64,000 bases of DNA from Pelomyxa schiedti. Lineage: Eukaryota > Protista > Evosea. The DNA is taken from contig JAHLWZ010000277.1 of the NCBI GenBank assembly GCA_020536535.1, positions 1-64,000 on the forward strand, read 5' to 3'. The notes beneath the pieces were generated by a model. The model saw only the letters and a list, made by a program, of their open reading frames with translations, did not search any database and was not told the origin of the DNA. A program made the translations under genes and the position numbers. Shown piece after piece: positions 49,554 to 60,258 of this stretch; the first letter of the stretch is position 1, and every line of letters begins with the position of its first letter.

Positions 49554-52398
49554 TTAGATTTCGTGCTGTGACAGTGCCCGTCTGACAATCCGGTGATTGA
49601 AACAGTCCGCGACAACGATGTAAATGCTGGCTCCCCTCCCGCCTTCATTGAAGTTTGAAGTGGTACTGTAGTCCAAGGCAACATCCGAGGGACAGTATAA
49701 CTGATTCATAGAACACCCGGCATTGCCATCCCCCAGAACTGTAGTCACCATTCCTAACAAGTGGATTGATTATTTTTAACTCCAACTGGAGGAAGGGAAA
49801 AACCTTGAGGTGTTAGTTTCCGAATCCTATGGTTGCCAAAGTCAGAAATATATAAATTTCCTGTTGCTGAGTCAATTGTCAACCCCAAGGGTCGATTGAA
49901 CAAAGCTGTGAGTGCTTTTCCATCAGTAAAGCCAGGAGCTCCTATTATCCCAGCAATTACGTTTGTGGCTCCTTGTTTCCTTTGTTAATTGGAGGGTGAA
50001 TGTTGGTTGTGTTACCATCTGGTGTAACTCTTCTAATGCAATGATTTCCGGTGTCTGAAACAATGAGATTACCATTATTATCTACAGTGACACCAAATGG
50101 AGTTTTGAATCCTCCAGCCAGGGTAAAGACTGTTTTACTTCCATCTTGCGCAATGCACCGAATTTTGTTGTTATCACTGTCAGCAATAAGTACATTCCCG
50201 GAATGATCTATAGTGACACAGCGCGGATAATTAAATTGTGCTGCAGACCAAGGTCCATCCAGGAATCCTGGAGTATCGCATCCAGAAAGAGTTTGAACCG
50301 CCCCAGCTGTACAAAGGTATATATTGGGGGAAAAAGTGGAAGAAAAGAACCTTGGGTAATTTTTCTGACCCGGTGATTGCCACTGTCAGATACAATGAGG
50401 CCCCCATCAGGGTCCAGGGCCAATCCTCGTGGGTAATTAAATTGTGCCATGGCTTTGTGATTGTGATCTAGATGTCCTGGTGTTCCTGAGCCAGCAAACG
50501 TGGTAACTTCACCTGAGGAAGGTTCACTGGGAAACAAGTGGTGGGAGAAAAAACAATAGGCAAAGCAAAAAAAAAAAAAAAACTACACTGTCAACCTTCA
50601 GGTGTCACTTTTCTGATTCTGTGGTTGTGACAATCGGCAACAAAAATAAATCCATCTGAGTCTACTATAACACTACTTGGGTATGAAAACTGAGCTCGAG
50701 AGGCCGGGCCATCAAGAAAGCCTCTTCCACCAGACGTTGTGAGGTTTCCTTGAGCAGGACTAGAAGCTTATATAAAAATAACAAAAAAGGAATCAGTAAA
50801 AGGATGATGACACTTGGGTTGTAGGTGCAGAACGGAATTAGAAAAAGAAAAATACTCACCAATAATTGGCGGAAGTGCGGAAGCAATCGTTGTCTCTGTC
50901 ACATTCCCAATTGATTCAATTGCGGCCTCCACAATATCAGAGTTCAACTAAAATGAACTTCGTAAGTGAAAGGATTTAAAAAAAAAACCCTTGCTCACGG
51001 TACTTATACAACCTCCAGTCTCAATTGAGAATCAATAGCACTCTGGACAATGTCTATGTCAACAGGAGGTGCTCGTGCCTGCTGGGATGCCATACAACCA
51101 GCCTCACACATTTCATGGATTCCTGTGTTGTCTGTCTTTCCAGGTGTAAGAACACTCATGCCCAACTAAGCTGATCAGAAAGAGAAGACAGAAAGCATTT
51201 TGATTACTGCTGTTGCAGCGGATAATTGTCCTAACTTTCGAAGGATCATTGTGTCAGCAGCCTGGATATTGATTACTTGTTTCTCAACAATCTTTTCTGC
51301 TATGCCTCTCAATTGAGCGAATTTATCCGTTAGAATTTTATGTAGCCTATAAAAGGAGGTGAGTTCAAATTCATTTCTCAAACTCGTACTTTGCCTCTGT
51401 TGTCTTGAGTAACTCTTGTACAGTTGTAGCTGTATCAATTACTTGTTTTTCGTTTGTGTGAATGATTGTCTTAATTTCCATAACTTCAGCTTCTTGACTG
51501 ATCAGACTGTTTACTATTTCTGGCATATCTCTGAGACAAGTAAGATTTTTAGAGGAGGATTGGAGAGGTTCCACCGTTTGAAAGCTAAAAGAGCTTCTTC
51601 TGTGAATGGGGAAGGGTTATGCCTGCAAAGTCGCTTGTCTTTGCCACAAACGTGGCAAAAACACTTCTTACAAATGGTGCAAACAAGGTCAAGTTTTTCA
51701 CCATGTGCTTTGCATAAATTTGCTCTGGCTCGAGATCTCCGAGCGACAACCTCATGATCCTTTGCTGTACTGTGTACCTTAATTGAACTTAGCATATAGA
51801 GGAAAGATAAATTGAGCCCCACCTTGGCAGAGCAAGCATAGCACAATTCCCCACATGTAACACACCAGTGTGTGGCATGGCCTGTTTTGCATAATAAACA
51901 GTGGGAAGAAGTTCTTGTTTTCAGGGGCAAAACTCCACACCCTTCCAAAACCAGTGCAGCACCTGCACACTTGAGTGAGCAAAGGTGAGGAGGTGTAGGG
52001 CTAGTAACTATTGGAAAAATGGTCTCTCATGAGAGCTGGTACTCCACCAAGAGGTAAGTCAGTGGGTTCCTTGCAAATGGGGCAAATAATAGTGCCACTG
52101 GCCTTGGAGAACTCCTTAGCACAGTGTGTGCAAAAGGAATGCGAGCATTGCAATACGACCTCCTGGGCTCAAAAATTAGAACCCATTTACAGCAAGTACA
52201 GCACATTCGAGTGCTGCAACAAAGGGGAAAAGAAAAAAAAAAAAAAAAGAAGAAGAAGAGTACGCAAAAAGAACGAGGGGAAAAAAAAGCACGTACGACG
52301 TAAAACCGCTCACAAGAGGGACAAGTGAGGTATTCAACGAGTGGTCCCAACTCACGTGGACTACTCGTCTCACTCGCGGTTGCCATTGTCGTCGCCAT
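49554..52398 (-). CDS. RING-Bbox1-Bbox2-coiled-coil-NHL (TRIM-NHL-like) protein
   Basis: Spliced C3HC4 RING LTCPSC..CSHSFCTHC..CPIC..LPLGGVPAL; B-boxes CLLC...WCVTC..LCYAC..VH...HEV and CKAHGEKLDLVCTIC..FCHVC; coiled coil; NHL repeats FNYPRGLALDPDGGLIVSDSGNHRVRKI. Confidence 0.85.
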
Positions 52399-52755
52399 TG
52401 ATTGTATTAAATAATACAGACAAACACCAATTTCGGCGCAAGATCCGCTAGGGGGTACCCCTTCCTGACCCTTTTTTCTTTTGTTTCCGGCTGATTGATC
52501 CATCAATCTTGCTCTGGTTCTTTGTCTCGTTGGGTTCCTGGCAACCATGCCCCCTGACGAAGACCCTCATCACTGGAAAACCTTCACAGCTCATATCCCC
52601 AGATCAAGGCCCAAAGAGGGGGTGCCCTTCTTTCCTCAAGAGTAAGCTGCCAGATGTGTACGAATCATAGGAATCAAGCCGTGAAGTTCGCAATTCTCTT
52701 CAAGAACATCACTCTTCTTTCTTTTCAACGATCCAATCGGCGTGAGAGGTTATTG

Positions 52756-54291
52756 ATGTCTGGTGTCCCTACGGTTGGCCAGCTGGTGCCTGACCCTGTA
52801 GCGTCTGCTCCCACAATCGCGAGCAGCACTCTCTACCCCACCTCTTTTTCACCTTTAAACTCTACGCCCAACGGCGCCACGGCATTCTCTGTCGTTGTAC
52901 CTGGCGACAACACACCTTCTTCGCCGCTTCCCATAATTTATAACACGCAACTGGTTCTGCCTGTGGCATCCTCCACTGTGCCCCCAATGTATTCGCTGGC
53001 TCCTCAGCAACAACCGACAGACGGTCTCGTTGTCGTTGGGGCAGGCGCTCACGTCGTTTGCTCCCGGCAGCAAACACTGAGGTCCGGAGGGATCGACTCG
53101 GCTCACGAGACCACCAGCCTGGTGCAATTGTGGGACCGCGACCTGGACCTGAGTATAATGCAGCAGCAGATGCCGGTTCCTGTCATCCTCGACATCGGGA
53201 CCGACGCCATGACCGCGAGTTCCTCCTTTGTCGACCCCAACACGTACCCCTTGCATTCCGCGAACACTGGATCACAGAGCTCCTCGGGAGGCGCCTGGAG
53301 AAAGCCCAGGGTGTTCGCGGCAGCCGATTGCTCCGTGGTTGCCCTGGACGCCATGACGGGGGCAGTGGAGTGGATGACCTCGATAACAGGGCTCCACGAG
53401 CTCATAGGGATCCACTGGTCCATAACGGGCTACAACTCGGCTATCTGCGACGCCGGCGATTCCGTCGCAGCGACTTCCGACTGCATCGTCGCCCGGATCG
53501 ACAAGTCCACCGGGGCCCCGTTGTGGCGCACGCCCCTCCCGCTGGCCCCAATGGGCCCCTACAACCAGCCGCCAGTGATGCCCTGCTTGGCGCCTGGGAT
53601 CCAGCCGTCTTTGGTGTGGAGCGGAGTTTGGGGGACTGTGTTCGCGATCAACATGGATCACGGCTGCGTGGTGTCTCGCGTCGTTCTGAATCGCGCCCCC
53701 ATGGCAAATATGGGAATCGCGCAGTCGGAGGACTGGCCGATGAGCGTGTTTGCCGGCGTCCTGGGCTTCGTCCATTTTCTCGACGTCACTCCTCTGGGCC
53801 TGGTCAAGTCCAAAGAGGTGAATCTGGAAGGCTCTGGATATCACGGCGTCAGCGTGGCATGCCACAACTCGCGGCTGTACTGCGGAACCAACGGCAGCGT
53901 TTTCTGCCTCAGTGTGCCCGAGCGCAAAGTATTATGGGAGAACAACCTGCAGGGGTGCGGCTACCAAGGGACCTCACTTCCAATTGCTGTGATTTCTGAG
54001 GGAGGACCAAGGTCTGCCCTGTATGCTGTGACTGTGGCTATCAGTTCCAGAATTGTAGCCATTGGGCCAAACGGCGCAACCATGTGGGTGTGCCAGCTGC
54101 CAAATAAAAGCAAGGACCGGGTGTCAGTCTTGTGGGATGCCTGCCACCGCTGCCTGTATGCGGGATACAGGGGCGATGTTTATCTCGTCAACTGGCACAA
54201 TGGGTCTATTGTGGCCAATACCTCGCTGGCACGCGGCTACATTTGCAGCATTGCAACCGCAACGGCTTACACTGACCACCTGCAGTACTGA
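52756..54291 (+). CDS. Intronless PQQ/BamB-like beta-propeller protein with low-complexity N-terminus
   Basis: Blade motifs VVALDAMTGAVEW, IDKSTGAPLW, VFCLSVPERKVLWENNL, IGPNGATMW; single ORF. Confidence 0.75.
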   Translation: MSGVPTVGQLVPDPVASAPTIASSTLYPTSFSPLNSTPNGATAFSVVVPGDNTPSSPLPIIYNTQLVLPVASSTVPPMYSLAPQQQPTDGLVVVGAGAHVVCSRQQTLRSGGIDSAHETTSLVQLWDRDLDLSIMQQQMPVPVILDIGTDAMTASSSFVDPNTYPLHSANTGSQSSSGGAWRKPRVFAAADCSVVALDAMTGAVEWMTSITGLHELIGIHWSITGYNSAICDAGDSVAATSDCIVARIDKSTGAPLWRTPLPLAPMGPYNQPPVMPCLAPGIQPSLVWSGVWGTVFAINMDHGCVVSRVVLNRAPMANMGIAQSEDWPMSVFAGVLGFVHFLDVTPLGLVKSKEVNLEGSGYHGVSVACHNSRLYCGTNGSVFCLSVPERKVLWENNLQGCGYQGTSLPIAVISEGGPRSALYAVTVAISSRIVAIGPNGATMWVCQLPNKSKDRVSVLWDACHRCLYAGYRGDVYLVNWHNGSIVANTSLARGYICSIATATAYTDHLQY

Positions 54292-54400
54292 GAACCCTTC
54301 TCCTTCCTGATTGTAATTAGCTTTTCCAAAACTCAAAAGATAGAATTTTGAACTTTCGGTTTACACCAAAAAAAAAAACAGAGGGACAACCCTTCAGGAG

Positions 54401-55450
54401 ATGTCGACGATGGACATGTCTTGGGTCGAACAACAGGTGTGGCTTGTGTTTCGTGCATACGATCAAATCACCACTGAGTTTTTTTTCCCCACCCCCACAC
54501 TCACCTCAACTGACACACCCTGTCCCACAATTCACAAATAAGAATCGCACATTCACGTGCTGGGTAAATCACCACCTGGGCAAAAGGGGGCTGTCCATGC
54601 CCAACCTCAACGCCCTGTGCGACGGCGTGCTTCTTCCAAACTTGGTGGAGATTTTATCTGGCCGCAGCCTGAGGTACAACAAGAACCCGCGAATGAGGGT
54701 CCACAAGATTGAGAATTTGTCTATTTGCTTGGCGTGCATCAAGGAATGTGGAGGCAGGGTGTTGGTTGGGACTGAAGGTAATAGAGACCTATCTTTTGTG
54801 TCACAACTCTAATTTCATTGCCTGCCTCCAAGACCTCCTTGATGGCAACCTTAAATTAATTCTTGGTCTCATATGGGTGCTAATTACCCTTTTCCAGGTT
54901 TATTTGATAACTTCTTCTTCTTCTTCTTGTTGTTTCTCTAATCTCGCTATCTCAGGTCAAAATGGATAAAGCAGTACGGCAATTATTCCTTTTTTTTCCC
55001 CAGGCATAACATAAGTAGAAACTCCTGGAACTTGTATCAGCACGAGTCCCGGCTGTGTCTGACTTTACTGCCGCCTGGTCGGTCATTAGTCCTTCCTTAT
55101 CACTCACCTAACCGAGAAATTTCTCCCACACCAGCTGGGGAGATGGAACCGCAATATGTTCCTTGGTCCGCGCCTTCAGCCCCACAAGCATTTCCGACGA
55201 TCCCAACATGGTAGTACCGCTCTCCCATTTCACTGCAACAGCGCACCTCACGACTCACTTATTACATACTGTCTAACCCACAATTCCAACACAAACAACA
55301 CCGCATCAGACAACGCCGATTACCAGGGCCACTGCTGCCATTCAAGCTGCTGAAACCCACCTCCACGTCCCTCGCATTATTGCTCCTGAGGATTTGTTGG
55401 CTTCTGACTCCCTGTGCTTGATCACCTATCTTTCATTCTTCTTCCATTAA
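54401..55450 (+). CDS. Tandem calponin-homology (actinin/filamin-type actin-binding domain) protein
   Basis: WVEQQ-NRTFTCWVNHHL, LCDGVLLPNLVEILSG, DLLDGNLKLILGLIWVLI, DFTAAWGDG, AETHLHVPRII, LITYLSFF*. Confidence 0.9.
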
Positions 55451-55995
55451 TTAAAAAGATGAAAGCTGGTGTTACTTTTCTTTACCGGTTTGTTGTGCTG
55501 CTTTTCTGGCTTTCGGGTTTGTCTACAATTACGTTTGTCCTGCTGGCCAGAGAACCAGAACCACACAATTGTGTTTTTTTTTACATGTGAAGAAGAATTT
55601 GCTATAGTAGATTCTTGGAATGAGCAGATCTGCTATTCTATTCTCGAAGCTATCTTGCAGATGCAACTGAATGTTTCGCGATTCACCAACATTTAGATCT
55701 ATTGTTTTTAATTATAGAAAAAATAATATTACTCTTTCTCGACATCGTCGGTCGTGATAGTTGGTTTGGCACCGGGAGTGCGTAATCAACCGATCTACCT
55801 ATATTTCTATTCTCCTGCGTGAAGAAAAAGGTGTGTTTGAACACCCGCTGCAAGAACCAAACAACAGCCTTAGAAATAAACAAGGAGGAGTTCGGTCATG
55901 TCCAGAAAAAAAATTCAGTACTCTTGGGTTACATTTGACATGCGCATCAACAGTGTCCTGAGCACGGAGTAAAGAACCAAGTGCCACAAGATAGA

Positions 55996-57020
55996 TTATT
56001 CGACTTCAACACCACACAATCCCACAATCTCCCCAAGGAAATCAAACAATTCCTCAGCAACAGAACATGGACAATCAGCAAGTGTCATCAGTTGTTGAAT
56101 TTTTTCCGACTGGAGATCGTCATCGGCACGGTAGTCATAAATACACATGTCCCATTCTGCAGGTCCTCCGTCTATGAAGTGAACCCACGGATGCCCAAAG
56201 TGGTTAGTGCCCAGTATTTTCTTTGGAGGTCGAGGTGGTGCTGGCCCACCAGGATCAACACAACAGTATCCCATTTGAGAGCAATCATCGCCACTTGTAT
56301 CTCCTTCTGCTTTAATTTTCCATTGCAGAATACGAACACTTTCTTTGTGAGGTCCAGTGAGGGGAACCATATGGCTCCAGAGGAACACACCTCGTAGTTG
56401 TCTTCGTCGTATTTCCTGACATGCTGCTTGTACGTGGTCTTCGTTGTGCTCATTATGCGCCTCACCCTTGATATAAAGGCTTCCAGTTTGGATTTGGCTT
56501 TTTTGTGCATTCCAGAACTTTTTTTAGACTCAGGTGTTGATGTTGCAACCTTCCATTGCCACTCCCGTTCATCCACATAATGTTTCAAAAATGCAAGAGA
56601 GCATCTCCCTTCAGCCAATTGGCACCCCAACGTTGGGGTTGCGGCTTCAGTCACATCATCCAGAGTCGTGGTCCATTGTGTTGTGCTATCTGCAGTTCTG
56701 CATGAGGCCCTCACGCGGAACAACATGCACGATCTCTCGCAGGCCGACAGGCACGTGCGTGAACACACTGCAAAGTTCAACAGAGGCTTGAAACCTGTGC
56801 CGTCGGGATTGGATGCAAGCATGATGAATGATACAATGTGGTCCATCACTTGTGGTGGCATTACATTGTAGAGCGCGATGTCGGTGGTGATGTAGTTTCG
56901 GCTTGGGATCCACACCTGTGTTTCCTTGTTGTTAGGTACAAACAAACAAATGGAGGCATAATTACGAGGTCTCTTTGCCGGCAGCGGACGATCCGGTGTC
57001 ACGTCACCTTCATCTGACAT
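55996..57020 (-). CDS. Hypothetical protein (weak F-box-like segment)
   Basis: 282-aa ORF plus an overlapping downstream frame; MPPQVMDHIVSF...FAVCSRTC resembles an F-box. 3' end uncertain. Confidence 0.45.
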
Positions 57021-57498
57021 CTGTTTATAAGTTTGGTGATTTGTGAGAGAGTGCCTAGAATCTAAGTATGCGTAGACACGATTTTATTTAACGTAAATGC
57101 GCCACGTAGATCCACAGAAAACAGGGGTATAAAAAGGATGCAGGCAGGAAAGTGGTGCCTAGAGGATGGCATAATTGCAACTTTTCTACTAACAACAAAC
57201 CTAACACGACACCATATGTCAGCTGTGTTGGCAAAGAAAATAGAAACAGCAACAGCAGAAGCGTGGAAGGTGGTTAATTTTTTTTATACAGACGTGAGAT
57301 CTGCTTGAATCATTTGGCCCCAGGGTGAAGATCCACCCAAGTACGGGAAGAATGGGGCTGCAAGTAGTGATCGCCTACCACTGGGGTGATTGATTTTTAT
57401 TGGCGGGACATAGAATCAAAAGTCCAAACAAAAAAAAAGATTTTCTCAACAAGTGCAGGATATTTATTCCCACCTTTATCCCTATTCTACATACAACA

Positions 57499-60079
57499 CT
57501 ACACCGAGCACATTGTAACTAGGGTGCTTACTTTAGCTTGGATGTCCTGGAACACTCTGAGTTGTGTTACATTAGAACGGGAAGGTGAACGGAAGAACAC
57601 TCACTTGAGGCTTTGAGGGTTGCTTGGTTCTGCTTGAGCTAAGCATAAATCGACGGCTTGACCAAGATGAGACAGTAGACTCGCTTTCTCTGCTTCGTTT
57701 CTTGAGACAGAGTGAATACAAACCACAGGAAATGAAAACGGGGCACTGTTCACCTTGCACCACCTACGCTGGCTGCATGATCGTTCAAAGCACAAGCAAC
57801 AGTTATAAGATAAGTAGCTTCCTTTAGTGCCTCGGCTGTTTCTGGTCTATCTGATTCGTATTTGGAATCCTCAATTGCCTGTGCAAAGTGAATGAATTGT
57901 TGGGAGAGAGAAACCTACACGAGAAATGAGTATTTTCGCTTTTGCTTCCAACTGTGATATTTCATCAAGTGAACTGGGATTACTTACCTTACAAAGATGT
58001 AAGGGGCGAAAGTCACCTTAAGAGGAAGGAACAAGGGCATACCTGAGGCAACTTGGCCTGAACACCTGACGATACTGCGGACAAAGTTGGGAGTAGACAT
58101 GTATTAATCTCTTCAAGTCGTGTGGCAAGCCATGAATACCACCCCCGAAAGGAATCAACAATCTAAGCAGTCAATATTGGAGTCATATTAAAAGGTGAGA
58201 CTTTGCCGGATTTCTTCTGCCAAAGTTGTCCTTGCTGATTCAAGTACTTCAATTCACTCAAAACAGCATCCTTTTCACACAAAAACTGGTATGCTGTGGC
58301 ACATATGACATCCCATGGTACAGTCACTTCTGATGACTCCGGGACAACGGCTATACATATTAAACCATTTACAGAAAGGTTTGGATTGGATACCAGTAGG
58401 TTGGCTTTGGTTCTTAGAACTTCGCGGCTTTCTTGCAATTCCCGCGGTGGATTTCGACTGGCGTGGCACATATCTTGACTGTTTAATTTCTTCAAACCAA
58501 CACAAATACAAACAACTAAATCCATACCTTCTGTTTTCGGTGTGGCTGAGTCACTACAGTAGCTTGAATGGAATTTACAGCTTCAGAACTGGTGTGTTTA
58601 TCATTCACAACGAGGGGGGTGAATGTTTTTCCTTTGCTAGTTTCCAGTGCTTCTGAATCTTGGAGACATAGGTCTTGTTCCCCTTCCAGGGGACTGATTG
58701 TTGTCCGACCACATGAAGTATTGTCAACAGGAGGGAGTGCTGCCATGGTACGATATTCATTGGAGAAATATTGTTTGCTCTGAAAATGATCCGGAAGAAC
58801 CTGGACTTTGTTTAGCTGCAAAAATGAAGAGTAAATTACACACATGAACGCGGGACTGAGGGATGCGATAATACTTATTTGGGTTGTCCAACAAGGAAAC
58901 CTATGAGAATTAGACCCAGAACGCACAGTAGGTTCCTCAACCTTGAGCAACTTCGTTGGGGCTGTTTCAATTTCTACAACCCCATGCAAAATTGCAGTAG
59001 GCATGCAAACTGGTTTAATCAATTAGTGCTTCTTAAGTTTGGCCTCTTTGAGTGTACATAGCACTTCAGCCTTAGGAGGTACCACAAGGGGAACATGAGC
59101 ATGGCGGAAAGCACGTATCTCTGCTCTTTGTTCCTTTTGCTTGGTTAAAAGTGTAAAGGTAAAAATAACGATACGTTCATATAGGCACTGGACATTCTTC
59201 TTGGCGGGGAACATCTAGGAAAAGTGAATGAATTGTTTCGACACAAGTGTTGGAATCTTACGGTGTCAAAGGGCGTTCAAAGTATCCTCTGTCTACATCA
59301 CTGTAGAAGTATTCTGCAACACACCATTGAGCAGCTTGTTTGGCATTTCGAATGATTTTGTCATGATTGCGTGAAGTGGTACTCTTGAAGGGAAATAGGA
59401 AGTGACGCAACACGGATTGGCAGTTATGGAGTGCAGTGTGGTCTGTAACCGTTGTATCCGTAACGGAAGTAGATGCAACGGAAGACAGTGGTACTATTTG
59501 GCTGTCACATTTACTTGTTTCCTCCAGACTGGTTCCCGCGGGAATTTTAGAAGCTGCGCCTGAAAAGTGGTAAGGCTCCTTTATTTGGGGTCATTCTCAC
59601 CATCCAATGCACATTGGCACAAAAATGCGTGCCTCGCTATGAGCGCATCTGAAGATGCATTGGGCGTGTGCAGGAACTCTTTGTGTAATTCGTAAAGAGC
59701 TTGAACCATATCTTCATTTCTGTGGGGAGTGAGCTTGTAGTCACCCCTACTGCACACCACAGGAAACCTTATATTGGGAGCACCAATTTGAGCCGACAAC
59801 TCATTTGCAACGAGATCAAGCCCCATAGTGCCGTACTCGGAAAAAGCTACGGTAAAACCAATTACTAGGGAGCGAATGGCGATATTGGGTCACACAGTAG
59901 AAGAAAACAATGAGTTCTGCTTCAGTCCACGGCGGTCCAAATCGTGAGATCAACTGGCTCACAACCGGTAGGGCCATCTCTGTTCTATGACAACCGTATT
60001 CGCCGCAGTCTTCATTACCTTGCACAGACACGGCACCTTCGCCGTTCGCGGCACCCGACACAGTCGCATCGCCACTCAT
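57499..60079 (-). CDS. LIN9: LIN9/ALWAYS EARLY (DREAM complex) homolog
   Basis: FGPPWTEAELIVFF and RNEDMVQALYELHKEFL (ALY-like SANT region); DIRP motif WCVAEYFYSDVDRGYF. Confidence 0.8.
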
Positions 60080-60258
60080 TCAAAAGCAAAAATAAATGAA
60101 TTTCTGAGATCTTGGTAATCAGCAACTGAATCCGAACTCAGAGCAGGGGAGTGCTGTCTACTTTGGCATGTTGATATGCTAAACACATGGGTAGTTCTCG
60201 GGGGAAAATGGGAGAGGTGAAAATCGGAACAGAACAAAAATAATCGTTCGGTCATTGG

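Noticed and set aside
53058-53999. 313-aa alternative-frame ORF inside the propeller gene
   Set aside because: Arg/Gly-rich shadow of GC-rich codons.
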